A stretch of DNA of 63,780 nt from Geosiphon pyriformis uo1 (taxonomy: Eukaryota; Fungi; Glomeromycota). The translations under genes and the position numbers were made by a program. This document shows, piece by piece, positions 24,888-38,723 of the stretch. Positions within the stretch are counted from its first letter, which is position 1; each line of letters starts with the position of its first letter. The notes beneath the pieces were generated by a model that saw only the letters and a list, made by a program, of their open reading frames with translations, was not told the origin of the DNA and searched no databases. The stretch is taken from assembly GCA_016748015.1 (NCBI GenBank), contig JAAOMT010000254.1, positions 62,221 through 126,000 of the forward strand, in the 5' to 3' direction.

Positions 24888-26562
24888 TATTATTCTGATT
24901 GGTCTGAATGACTGGTCACATGTAGTAAGAGCATGATTCATACTTAGTTTTGATTACTTATTTGATATATGATATTAGGTAGTATTTGGATCTTATTTGT
25001 AAAACATAATATAAAAAAAAATTAATATTTTTACACAAAAAAACAAAATTTTTAATCTTAACAATAATAAAACTCTTATTAATAATTAATTTTTTTTACA
25101 TTTTATTTTTAACTTAAAATTTAACAACCAAATACAATTTTTATAAATTTAATAAAATTAATAATATATTATAATATTACTAATATAATTAAATCTTTTT
25201 AATAAATTAAAAAACCAGTTTTTAAAGATAAAACTTTTTAATAATAAATATAAATATATATATATTTTTAAATATTACGTAATGTTTATATTATAATTAA
25301 ATTAACAATTAAAGTATTAAATACAAAAAATATAATTTAAAATTTTTATTATTTTATAATTAATATACAGTATAATTAAATATTTAAAATTTTAATCTTT
25401 TATGTAAAACTTATTTACTTAAAGTATAATAAAAAGATAAAAATTTTTATTAAAATTTAAAATTTAATAAATAAATATGTTTAAAATATTTAAGTTATTA
25501 TACTTAAAACTTTTTATTATTAAAAATAAATAATAAAAAATACAATATTAATTATTTTTGTATTTTAAACAGCAAAAATACAAATAATAACTTTTTAAAA
25601 TACCAAAAATAAAACTTATTTTAAAAAAACAACACATATTTTTAATAATACTGTGTTAAAGTTGTTTTAATTACTAGATTTTTTTTAATAAAAGAAATTC
25701 AATTATTAATTTAATATTAGTAATAATTAAATAAAAATACTAAATTAAAAACTTTAACTGTATTTTTATAAAAAACCTAGCAAAAAAAATAGGTTAAAAT
25801 AACACTTTTATAATATTTTATTTAATTGTTTTTACTACTAAAAAAGCATTTTTTTAATTATAACAAAATAATAATTGCTTTTTGTTTAAATTTATAAATT
25901 ACTTCCAAAATATTTTACCAATTGAAAAAGTTAAAGTCTTTAAAGTAAATTTGTTAAAAAACTGATTAAAATCAATGACATGTAAATAATTTTTAAAAAA
26001 CATGATTTATTTAAATTGAATGTACAAAAAACAAATTTTAATTCAAAATTACACAGTAACATGAAAATAAAGTTTTTCAATTATTTATAGAGGAATTCAC
26101 CTCTAATTTAGCTTAATCAAAGAATTACTTCGATTTTTGAATAACAGCTTACACTTGCACTTAGCAAACGCATAATGTAAAATTAATCTACAAAATTTTC
26201 TCATGCATCAGTATTAAATCTACAATCATAAAAGTAATTTAAAATGTCCGTTTAATAACGATCCCTAATATGGCAGAAAGAGAAATTCTAAAAGAGGAAT
26301 AATACAAGAAGCTTCCTCTATATATCTATTTACATTGTACATGACTAATAATTTATCACAACGCTGAGATTTCGAGCCTCGACTGTATAACGTCTTTTAA
26401 AGTATAAACGGTCCCTCGCATTTGCTCAAACTGAAAATAGGATTATTTCCATTCAACTATTGATCACGTTTTTGATACTTGAATCCAGTCGCACTGTATC
26501 ACTGGTTATTTAGGGAACCACTCTATATGACCTCCATTATCCTGGCTTGAAAGAGTCGACGT

Positions 26563-27909
26563 TTATCCAATAATACTGTGGTGTTCAATATCTTGTACTG
26601 AAACCACCTGGGCATCATCAAATTCCAAGCGATCTAATTCCCAATAAATTCTTCTGAGGCCAAAATCTACGATGGCCATACTCACGGTAATCCACCGTAA
26701 AACCCAGAATGGCAATTCTTGTAAAAACTCCTAAGATCCATCAAAAAATCAATTTTGATATGTTGAGACTTGAACGCTATAGATAAAGCTCGAATATAAT
26801 ACATAGGTTTTCTAAACTTACCTGTGTGGAGGCCACACGGAAAGCGGAAATGTTATAATGAAACCAGAAACATGCGACAAATAAGCTGGTATACACTAAC
26901 ACAACTTGCTTGAGTTTTCGGCGGGGATTCTCGGTGATCATATCGTACACATCGCTCATCATTGCATAAGCCGTAAAAACATTATTTAACGAGCCGAGAA
27001 AGAAGAGACCCAAATGAAGATGATGAATCTCGGGTTTACACAAAAAATCAAACCAAAACTGGGCAGTCATGATCGGTGGAAATATCCACCAAGATATAAA
27101 GGATGGGTAAAGAGAATCGAGAAGATTACTATGCCCTTCCCCAGATTCCTTGCTATTTTGTAGGGGAAACTTGAGAAAGTGAGCATCATTTGGCTTTAAA
27201 TGCTTGTTTATATTTAAAAAATGTTCTTTAGTATCGTGAATTGCGGGTTTAGAAGTACAAATCGGTGGATAAAAGGGATGAATAGGTGTCGTTTCGGGTG
27301 AAGCGGAAATGGGAGTTGCTTGCTCCATCGATATGGTTGCATTCTCCATCATCCCAGTTGTTCCCTTCAAGTATATTGGTGATGTTACAAGCATAGATAA
27401 TTTCATCAAGTAACCACAGGGAAGTAATAAAGCAATTATCAGCGCAACAGTTATTGCCATTCTGGCACCTAAGAGACAGTCAGAAAAATTGAGATGAGGC
27501 ACATTTGTGAAACTGAAATTAAAAATTGGAGCAAAACCAATTGTATATTTTACCTTTACTACTCAATATACACCCCCAAGTTGTCTTTCTCTTCAGTACA
27601 TACTTGAATTTACATATAGTACAAGAATCAAACTCTTCCTCCCTGCCGTTTGCCACCAAACGGTACCGCCATTGTGATAAACAGGTTTTATGAACGTACT
27701 TGACCGTGCCTGTGTCAATGTATAGAACAGTTAAGGTTAGATGAGCTCGAAAGCGAACTATTATTTCTCAAGGGGATGAAACCTCAAGGCTTCAAACAAC
27801 CTTGCTACATACCTCTGCAAATGCAAGGCGCGATGAGGTCCGACGGGTCGTCGTTACTCAAGCATATCCTACACACGCTAACGTACTGACAGCTCTGAAA
27901 AGTTGACAT
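26563..27909 (-). CDS. RING-CH (RINGv/MARCH-type) membrane E3 ubiquitin ligase, ~355 aa, 4 exons (27909-27813, 27709-27554, 27468-26822, 26730-26563)
   Basis: Spliced N-terminus reads CRIC..IAPCICRGTVKYVHKTCLSQW..CTICKFKY (C4HC3). GT-AG introns are phase-consistent. Several hydrophobic TM segments follow. The ORF track misses the RING exons. Confidence 0.88.
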
Positions 27910-28562
27910 AGAAGAAAGAAAGCTTTGAAAACTTCAAAGGAAATGAAATGGAGAATCTAAAGCTAGCTCCAGGTTTTGTAATTTTTCAATAGACAGGTGA
28001 CTAGATACATTGTGGTAAAGGTGATTCTCGTCAAACCTAATTTACGCGGTACGTTCTACATTAATCAGTGATCACCGTTGATGCGCATTTAGTATGAGCA
28101 TTACCTGTATTATAATCGACTGTGTAGGAATCTGTTAAACGCGTAAAAGTGACGGAAAGCATTAGAATTCGCTTTTTTACTTGCCCAAAAATTAAAAAAG
28201 TTTATTTTTTTTAAGACGGAACCAACAAAGTACAAAATGATAATAGTGTATGAATCCCTTGGGATATTCGTGTACACCTTTAAAAAATTTACAAAAAAAA
28301 AGTGAAAAGTACAAAATTCAAAATTTGACAATCGATAAGGATCTTTTGTAGAATTGCAGCTATTTGATCCTCTATCTTTTCTAACTAAAATATAAATGAT
28401 TGTAAACCTCTAGTAGGAATATAAAAAGAAACGCGTGACCCAAAATTATGATAGAAAATTTGAAAAATGAACGTATAAAAAGAATACAATTTTTTTTTTG
28501 AAATTTGGATTGATCGACCTATACATCCTCAAAAACGTATCTACATTTGAAAACTATTTCCC

Positions 28563-31087
28563 TCATTCCTTTGCCATCTCTTTCTCTTGGACAAGAATTA
28601 TTGGTCTCATATAGGGGTCTTCTTTCTTGATTCCGGGCTGTTGTTTCCCTTGGGCAGTCCACCATAAACTCCATCGTTTACGTGGGTTTCCATCTGATGA
28701 GGAATTTCTTCGTTGTGCTCGTTTCGGTGGTTCAACCGAAAGGCTACTTCTTGGTGACGAAGTTACTTCTTCACTGATGCTTGGCTCTCGTGAATGTGCG
28801 GGTGATACGGGAAGAGGTGAAAGTTGATCACCTGTTTCACCGGTAGATTTCGGGCTAGTAGGGGGTGATGAGGGAATTTTAAGATGGCCGAGTTTATCGC
28901 CAATGCTGCCTCGGAAGGGTCCGGACAGAGTTTTTCGCCGTTCTAATTTCTTGGAGGCCGCGGATTCTTTGTTTATTTCTGGGGTTTTAGTAGTGGTCGT
29001 GGTAGTAATGTTGTTTGATTTTGATTGGCTGCGAACATGGGCGAACGTGGTTGCGGTTGGTGTCGAAGGATTCGAAGGTGGCGCTCTCTTGGACCAATCT
29101 GTTGACAAAAGCTGTTCGAATCCGTCTGCCTCCATGATACGATCGAGAATTTTTTGAATGTAATTTCTCAGTACATTGTTTGCATCTTTCAAGCTTTTGA
29201 TTTCTTCTTGCATTTCTATTCAAAATGCATAAAAATCAATAAAAGTTGAAAATTTCAACAACATATGATCAAAATGTAAATCAAATCAATAAAATTATTA
29301 TGTCAAATTATGAGAAACACTTACTTTCGAAATCCACCACTTGATCACTTTCCTTTTGTACACTCTCTCCAAGAGGTGTAATATTATCAGCAGAAGCACG
29401 CTGTAATTCGGCAGCTAGATCTGTTACAATGGACTTTGGCCGAGCTTTTTTCTCGCGTTTGATGCTTTTTAGTGACATGTCCTTCTCTTTAAACGTGTCA
29501 TCAGTAGGTGATTCCTTCTGTTCACCTGGAGATTTCTTTGGCACGGCGATAGAGTCCTGTTGCCATATCAATATTAAAGAGGTAAGAATCATTTTGGACC
29601 TTTGTGATATACAAAGTCTTGGAATTTATCTTTTACCTGTGGATGAGGATTTAACATCGTCTTCTCATGCAACAATAGTTGAAGTCCTTCATTCACGTCT
29701 TCCAACGATCGTTTCATTCGTTTGACTTGTTCCAGCTCATTTTCCAAAAGATTAATTTTGAGCGAAAGACCCTTATTGAGATTTATCGTGTCGGTGGTAG
29801 CCGTTTTGGCTCTTTCGATTTCAGTTTTTAATTGGTAAATTAATCGGTCTTGCTCCTTGATAGTTCTTTGAGCGATCTTGATTTCACGAGCAGCATTATG
29901 TAGACTGGTAGTTGGAGATTCTGGAGGAGTACTTCCTTCTAGATTATTTGTTAAGAATATCAAAAAGAATATTAGATTAATTAATTTCTCGGGAAAGAAT
30001 TTTAAAATCTAAATGGTGTTGGTCAGTCAATTTGTTCACAAAACTTTCAAGAGAACACAAACCACGGGTAGTTGTCCCGTTGGTACTATGCCTATTCGAA
30101 AGTCTCGCAGAGATTGAAGAGAGTGCGTAGGTTGGGGAGAACATAGAATTCAAAAAACCAGAAGTAGGTGAACTTGGCACCATACCATTGGAACTACTAT
30201 GACTATGCTTCTTTTGAGATTCAATGTTCTGTTGTGCAAGTACACCAATAGTGTCTTGCAGAGCTTTAAGGTGATCAGCCAATTCGCTCTCACGTTCGTG
30301 CCAAGTCTGTCGTTCTTTCTCGAATGCTCTAGTCTGATCATCATAATAAATAGAGAGGTGAGTTTTCTTTTTCATAAACTCATTGGATTAATCACGCGAT
30401 AAATTAATTCTAAATTGCACAAAATTGATTTCGACTGTAAACACTAAAATTCCCGATATATAATGCTTATTTGAAGGATTCTCACCTCTTCCTTCAATTT
30501 TCTTTCAGCCTCTCTTTTATTTTTCGTCCAAGTCGAATTTTCCTTTTTTAGTCTCTCTACCTCCTGACTTTGTTGATAAAGTTCGGCCTCGAGACGTGCT
30601 ATTCCATTATGTTGGTTAGCGATATCTGCTTGGAGGGAAGTCACTTTTTTGCGCATAAAAGAGTTTTCATCCGTGAGGGTGTTATTGTCATTTTGGAAGC
30701 ATTCTAGTTGTTCACGAAGCTGTTGGTGCATATAATAGATTATGATTGGTATATTGATGTTATAAAATAACGTGATAAGCTGTGTTTTAATTAAAATCTA
30801 GAGTTCTTTAATTTATTTTTTCAGCTTCTAAGAAGTCCACCAACCAATTTATTGCTTCAACTTTCTTGGTCAAGTTGCTCTCCAAAATGAAGCGTCTTTC
30901 AATTAAACTCCTTTTTGATAGCCGGTCAGTCCGAATTTTCTTACCTACTCTCAACTCTGAAGAAAAGGGTTTGCCCGCTCAGCTCTAATCTTTGGATTTA
31001 TCATATATGAACACCTACCGTTACGTTGACTTGTTCAATATTTTCCAATTCTTGCCGTAAATTAACGACTTCTCTGTCGGGGGACAT
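28563..31087 (-). CDS. Multi-exon coiled-coil protein with a Rab11-FIP-like (FIP-RBD) motif and a Ser/Pro-rich tail
   Basis: Chain of - strand ORFs (30444-30731, 29977-30375, 29589-29963, 29308-29592, 28563-29213) separated by short GT-AG introns. Heptad-rich sequence; motifs NEGLQLLL, DLAAEL and NNVLRNYIQKILDRIM. The 5' exon boundaries are less certain. Confidence 0.78.
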
Positions 31088-32176
31088 TTTGATGAATAAA
31101 TGGAGAAAATTGATTGAAAATGTTAAACAGGCTGTATTGCTTATGTATGTGGTTGTTTGTGGGGTATTTGTTATTAAATTTTTTCAACCAAGACTTTTGT
31201 TGCTAAAAAAAACCCGAGGTGATTGTTCTTTCTTATTTACAGATTATGAAACAAAAAAAAGGCCCTTGTACGCTCTGGTTTCTTACTAGTACAAAAATAT
31301 CTTTTGTTGTTAATTATTTTGGTATAGCGTGTTGGGTATTAAAGGATAGTGTAAGTTTGATGAGGGAAGAAGAGTGGAAAATTGGCTCGGGTTTCGTTAT
31401 CGTTTCGTTAAAAAGTGGTCAATTCCAAGTGAAATATGAGAAAGTGACAATTTATACAACGTATTTAAATGTGAGCATGTGCAGAATGCATATAATTGAA
31501 TAGTAAGTTGTAGCAAAATATATATGATAGAAAGGTTGGGTACTTATTCGTTTCGTGTATTAGACCCATAGAAAACTAACCCGAGCTGGATAGACTTTGT
31601 GCTAAAAAAAAAAAAGGTGAAACCTGTTGCCGAAAATTCCTTTTTTTTTCTCTGCAGTCAAATGAAATAGAACATTTTAAAAAGTAAATCAGTTCGTTTT
31701 CTCTTAAGTTTTTGTATGATTTATAGTGGTACATGGTCAAATATAAATCGGACAAATTTGATAGAAATGCACTTTGTTGCATTGCATTCACAAGCGATAA
31801 ACGAAACAATCATGTTCGGTCAAAGTTTAGTGATTTCGCTTTAATTTAAAGATTTTATTAATCTTAAACAGGGGGCAAAGGTCAAAAATACTTACTTTGT
31901 GGTTAATCAGATGAACACAAAACTCAATCATAAACAGTCAACATTTTTAGAATAAACAGCTCGTCAATTAAAATTACTGACAAGGGAAGAGTGGGATTTT
32001 TTTTGAAGTTTAGCGTTTTGTCAGCGGTTAATATTCAAGTACAAAATAAATTTGAATTACATGGATGATGCATTAATTTCCAACCTATTGTTGCCTTTTG
32101 TGCCGATTTTGTCACACGTTTCGAAAATTTTAAATCAGCATGGTTTGATTGTGTTTCCCAATTTTATCACCAATGA

Positions 32177-32203
32177 ATGATGATGATGATGATGATGATG
32201 ATG
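32177..32203. repeat. (ATG)9 microsatellite
   Basis: Read directly from the sequence. Confidence 0.9.
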
Positions 32204-32721
32204 GTGAGCGACATTCGTTTGAAATAAAAATTGGAAGCTTAGTACGCCAAACATCATCATTCAAAATGAATTTCAACAAATAAGCTCTATTTAAATAAAT
32301 TAAAAATAAAAGGTAATAAATCAAGTTAACAATGTCAATATAAAATACCTATAATGGTAAATAATAATATAGGCGTTTTGGACTGGCCTAAATAACAAAG
32401 AGTGACAATCAATAATACTTTTGATATTAGCACGAATTATAAATTTTTCTTGCGCCACAATAGTTTTTATTTTAGTCAAAGCATCTGTTATTTCAGCTTT
32501 GAATTTCTTGACATAATTTAGCTTCCCGATAATCTGACTAGGCAATTTTGAAATCTATAAAAGATGTTAACTAATAACATATCTACAAAGAAAAAAAAAG
32601 TAAATTAATAAATTAAAGGAAATGAAATTAAATGAACCTATGTAATTGAGGTAGAAATACGGTATCTTGAGAATATTCGCGGTGAGAGGGTGAGCGCGGT
32701 ATATGTATTTCATGTTCTAAA

Positions 32722-34628
32722 TCATGTTTTAAATTTTTCTTTTATATCAGGATTTTTTTCTCGATTCTTGATTTGGTTGAGTGCCATCATGACCGGTTTG
32801 GCTGGACATCCATCAGGAGCAAAATGAACTATGAAATCACCATGTTCATATCTTTGGGGAAAAGTATTAAACGTATGATCGTCATCCGATAACAATAGAG
32901 CCTTAAAAAATTATTTTTTACGAAATCATGTTGCTTAGTTTTCGGTTGACTGTTAAATTCAAAAGAATAATTTTATTAAAAAAATCTGACATACCCCATC
33001 TTTCCATTTGGGTTCTCTCATCACATCCCATAAGGCTCGTTGCTCATAAAATTTTCCAAAATATTGCTCCTTCCTCCCTTGAACCTCTCTTAAGAAATGT
33101 GAACTCCAATCTGAGTTTCGCAATAAAAAGACACCTGCATTTATCATACCATCACCCTTGGGTTTTGCAACTATGAAATGCTTTTCTTCAAACAGTTTAC
33201 TGCCTCCGGCGATCTGGACAAACTTTTCTAATAAACTTTCTAATGTTATATCTAAATTTACTATTACCGCATCAATATCTAACCAAAATAACCAATCATA
33301 ATGGGGTAAGATCTTTTCTACTGCATCAATTTTTCCCCAAACGGTTTTTCGATTGCGGAAAATTTGCTGTGCAAATTCTGCAGATCTGGGGACAAAGTGA
33401 TACCCATGTTTTTGAGCATATTCACGTTTGTTGTCTGCGGCTGGAACTACGGCATCAATCATGCAATTATCTTTATATACAAAGCTACTAGTGGTAATAA
33501 CTATCGAAGAGGTGTTACTACTTGACTGATTAACCTGGCGAATCGAAGGTGGAAGACATATAGAAGTTTTGACTATGTTCAACTGAGTACTCAAATCCGT
33601 AAATTCTCCGTCTTGGTAAATATGTCCAACTGCAAAAGTTGTTTCAGGTGACACACTTTCTAAATTATTTGCCCATTCAATGATTCCAATTGGGTCATTG
33701 ATTATGTGGAGAGGATTTGGGTATTTCTGACGGAAATAATAATAGGCTTTAGTCAAAATATTTGTGGTGTTGATGTTGGTCATCTCCACATTTTTAGTAA
33801 TTTGGGGTAAGGCCTCAATAATAGCTGCAACAGCATTGAAGCCAAGGACAACAGCCGTATCATCGGGAAGGATCGAAAATGAACCCCAAAGAAGATTTTG
33901 CTTTTGTTCAGGTGTCAAAATCCGTTCATTCAGAATTGACTTTTCAAAACTTATTTGCAACTTTTCAAGATGTACAACTGTGTAAATATCAGCAATCACG
34001 AGTTGATTATACTCAATCTTAAGCTTGTTTGCCTACACCGATTAAATATAAGAAATTTTGATTAAATATTGAAATTTTTGGTAAAGATTCTCTCAACATT
34101 ACTCACCCAATTCAGAGCAGCTTCCTGCAATCCTGTCCCATTGACAGGATTTATTTCTTCAACATCATTAAATTCGATCGCCTCTGATTTGAAATCTCTC
34201 AATATATCTTTATTAGCCGGGTGTTTTTTATTTGGTTTTATTGCTTTAACCAAAAACTTATAATACACTTTTAGATTTCCTTGTGACCAACATGGAATCA
34301 AATTATCTTTAATTCCAAATAATTCCTTTCTTAACAATTTTCTCCTCATGATATCCTGTGTCTCCGAAACAATTACAAAAACCAAATCATATTTCCCAGT
34401 TGAATTTCCGGTATTGATTACACCCTTTGATTCTACTAACTGCTCCCGTGGTGGGGGACTAAATACATTACCCTCAGCATCGATAGTCGTATGCTCCAAA
34501 ATGGAGTTAGGCACGAGTTGCGGCGAAGTTAAAAGGAAAATGATAAAGGCCGTAATGAAACCACCAATGTAGATGTACGTTCTACGAATCCCGAATCTTC
34601 CAGCTGTATACGAGACTTCTAGGGCCAT
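32722..34628 (-). CDS. Type II membrane glycosyltransferase: GT34 (GMA12/MNN10 family) domain with an N-terminal GT31-like domain, ~579 aa, 3 exons (34628-34107, 34032-32995, 32901-32722)
   Basis: N-terminal TM anchor. GT34 motifs NKREYAQKHGY, WGKI, YDWLFWLDIDA, INAGVFLLRNSDWS, YEQRAL and GDFIVHFA. Phase-0 GT-AG introns. Confidence 0.9.
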
Positions 34629-35415
34629 AATATATAAATATAAATGTGGTTTTTTGTCTACTCATAGAAAATTTCAACTTTTACTACTTGCGGTATCCTT
34701 TCTCGATTTGGCAATCACGCACATGATAATATCAAATGAGCTTGACCTCATTGCGCTAGTGCATATTAGATTCCTTTTTAGAATTTTAATATTTATTTAT
34801 TAGTAATTCTAATAAATATTAGTTTAATTAAAATAGAAAATAACTTATTTTTATATAAAATTGAATATAGATTATATATTTAATTTTTTATTATGTCTTA
34901 AGTAATTTATAGTGTTTTATAATTAAAAACACTTTATTATGGACAGATTCAAATATTATGGTCTTGTTTTTTACAAATTTTACATTTACATATTTGAATT
35001 GAAGAAAAACCATTTTTAACAATTTTAAATTAGAATAAATTTTATTAAATATATGATTTTTAATGAGCAATATTTTGTTAAGAGTAATTTAAAGCACCTA
35101 AAAGATGTTTTCGAATTTGTTAATTAAAAAAATTCTTAATTGTAAAAGATATGATTAAAATTTAAATAAATTAAATATATATCATTTCTTGTTAATATGA
35201 AATTAAAAATTGATATATTTGATTTACTTTTTTAAACAATAGATTTAAACTTAAAATAGCTGTTAGAATATTAATTTTAGGATTAATTATTATAAAAATA
35301 CAATTTGTATTTACTTAATACCAAATAAAATAAAATTAGTATAAATAATTAATTAATAAACTTTATTTTTTAAAAATATATCTGTTTATTATAAATAGTT
35401 TTTAAAATTACATGT

Positions 35416-36291
35416 TGTTATTTATAGAATATAGAAATTATATATTAATACATAAATTAGCCAATCAGAATAGATATAGTAAAAAGTAGAATTCCAAGAT
35501 TTCTTTCAAAGAAATTGCAAGATTCCAGAATTATAGGATTCCTATATAAGGAATTACAGGATTCCAAAAATTCCAAAATTCTTGGCTAGAGAATTAAAAA
35601 ATTTAAGAAATTTCATATAATAAAATTTATATATATATAGTAATAGTATTAGAAGCAAAAAAGACAGAATTATTAGTTTAAAATCTCCAGTTCCATTTCC
35701 AGATCTATTTCTTTATATAATAGTATTCTATAACTTAAAGTGGAAATATTAAATATCAATAAAAGATTTTTCAAATATTGCAATCCATTTTTCCACTATT
35801 AACAATTCATGTTAATAATTGTTAATACTTAACTACACTAGACCAATAGCTCTTGATCATAACTATTAACAAAATACTAATTCTTTCTTGCCTTGACTTA
35901 TTTCTTTATTTCTTTTTTTTTCTTTTGTTTTGTTTTGTTTATTATTTATTAATTGATTAAAAATTAATGCAGAGAGTTACTGATGTCAAAGGAATTAGTA
36001 AAAAACCCATGAAACAAAGGTAAAACACTTATTATTGAAGATAGCTTATCAGAAGGATTACTAGCCATCACACTGAAAAAAAAATTTGATGAAATTACAA
36101 TTTTAGAAAGCTATGAACAAAACAATACTTGAATCTCTGTTTATTATACAAAAAACTCAAAACCAAAGCCTTTAGATTACAAAAACCTTCAAATCACCAA
36201 AATCTTTAAATATTACCAACTATATCACTTATTAAGCACCAAATTACAGATTTGTTATTTGTTTCTAAATCTTAAATAATCATTTATAACA
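35416..36291 (+). mobile_element. Solo LTR, family A-like
   Basis: TGTTA...TAACA ends; colinear with 13483-14337; TSD ATGT/ATAT. Confidence 0.88.
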
Positions 36292-38723
36292 ATATTATTC
36301 AAGATTTTTTTGTTGTAATACTATTAAAATTGTTTTTAATACAATATCTGTATTTAATATTTGTAAAATTAATCCTATTTGTTTAAATTTAAGTTTTTAA
36401 ATAACAGAATATTTAATAATATATTAGATAGTTTATGATTATATTATTATGATTTAAGAATTTAGCAAAAATAATATAAATTATTCAAACATAATATAAC
36501 ACAATAATAATTTTAAAAAGATAATAATTAACATAATAATAAGCATTATTTTATAATAATAGTAAATATTAGTTTATAATAATAGTTAATACTAATTAAT
36601 AATAACAGTAAATACCAAGTTAAAATATTAAAAAAAAATATTATAATATGTTTTTCATAAAATTATAAACATATATATATATAGTAACTTTAATATTAAG
36701 AAAAATAACATGTTATAAAACAATTTATTTAATAGTTTTTACTTTAATTATCTTTTAATTTTTACTTTTAATAAATATCCAAAAAAATTTTAAATAAAAA
36801 AAATTCAGAAATAATATTAAAATAAAATTATTATAATTCAAAGTATTAAGAAATTTACTTGTATTATTTACTAAATAAAATTATTATTTATTAATTGAAT
36901 CTTTTAAAAAAATAATTTCCAATTAAAATTATTCAAATTATTACTAATTAATAAAAGCTTTATTGTAAGAATTAAGAAAAACACTAAAAATTATTAATAT
37001 TTTATGTTTCTAAATTAGAGAAATATTTTAAACAATTACAAAAATAACCTTAAAAAAACCCTAAACAGTAACTAGATTTTAGTTTACCTTCTAAAAAAAA
37101 TACATATATATATATACAATAATTAAAAATTAAAAAATAATTTATATTACAATATTAAAAAAAGCTTTTAGTATAATATTAATATTATTACACAAATAAA
37201 ATTAAAAAACTTATAAAAGACTAATTGCAATTAAAATAGAATATTAATATTTAATATATTAAAAAAACTATCTTATAATAATATTTAGTATTATAAATTA
37301 TTATATACTAGTATTTATTGGCTTTAAGTAATTATTTATATATAATAAAAAGACAGTTTGTTAATTAAGTTACTGTTTTTTATTGTTAATCTTTTAATAC
37401 AAATTTTTTAAAAATATTATATTTATTTTTCTGATTATATTTAAAAATAATACAATATTATTAATAAAAAAGTGTTATTTTGTAACATATATTCTTAGAA
37501 ATATGTAAAAATATTAAAACTTTGTATTATTATTTTACAAAAATTATATAATTTTTTTAAAAATAATAATATTATATAAATATAATTTGTAATTTTATAA
37601 AAAAATATAACTATTTATAAAATTAAAAAATGACATTAAATTTATTTTAAAGTTTTTTGATTATAAACTTATTAATATGTTTTTATATATAGTTAAATAT
37701 AAAATTATAACATAAATAATATTATATGTTATAAGTAAATTAATTTAACAAAAAAAATGAATTAATTTAGTAATTTTTTTAAAAATTTATTATATTTTTT
37801 TAAAATAAATGAAAATATATAAATTAATATAAACCTATTTGTTTTATAAAAAATAAATAATATAAGCATTTTTTGCTTAACAATAATTTTAAATTTAGTT
37901 ACAGTTTTAATTCTGAATAGTTGTAAATTTTTTTAAAAGTAAATAAATTAAAAAATAAGTTAATTGTAGTAATAAATATAAAACATTACAATAAAAATAT
38001 ATACTAATTTATTAATTGCTTACAAATATTTAATATTGTTTATTAGAAAAAATTACATATTTTTATTTTATATTTACACAAAATAATTATTCTTTTATTC
38101 TAAAAGATAAACATAAAAAAATGTTTTGTAATTACAAAGAATATATTCTGTTTTTACAGATAAAATATTCTTAGTTTATAAGATATTTTTTATTTTACAA
38201 CTAATTTTTATATTATAAGATATTTGTATATTACAGCTATTATTAACTGAATAACTTAGTAAAACTCTCAAATTGGTATTAAATAGCTGATAATAGCTGT
38301 GTTTTATTAAAAAATTGGTTAAATTTAATTATTTTAAAAAAGTAAAAGTAGTAATATAAACATGATATGTATAATAAACAATAAAAATTTTTTTTGGTAT
38401 AAATAATTACATAATACAAATAAAAAATTTATTTTCAACAAATAACCAACATAAATTCCAAAAATATTTATTTTATTATTAAAATATCTTTGCTATATTT
38501 TCTTAAAAGTTTAAATAAGTGATTTATATAATTAATTAATTAATTTTATATATTATTACTATTATTTATTATCATAATTATTATATATATAATAATAATA
38601 TTATAGTTGTTTTTATTTTTTAGTTACATAATTTTTTATATAAATATAAAATTAATTTACATTAAATCTATTATAAAGTAAGAAAAAATTATTATTTTTT
38701 TATTAATAATTTAATAAATATAA

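Larger units (their letters stand above)
18277..25021 (+). mobile_element. Near full-length LINE copy 2 (ORF1 + APE-RT-RNase H-ZnF ORF2), heavily mutated
   Basis: Colinear with copy 1. 3' UTR 24888-25010 shares the GG.CTGA.TG.CT..(C)CACATGTAG motif. Poly(A) at ~25013-25021. The 5' boundary is approximate. Confidence 0.9.

Noticed and set aside
31026-32545. Short ORFs between the coiled-coil and glycosyltransferase genes
   Set aside because: No recognisable motifs or coherent splice structure; likely promoter, UTR or intergenic DNA.
36292-38723. Possible eroded transposase in the AT desert
   Set aside because: No motif could be read with confidence.
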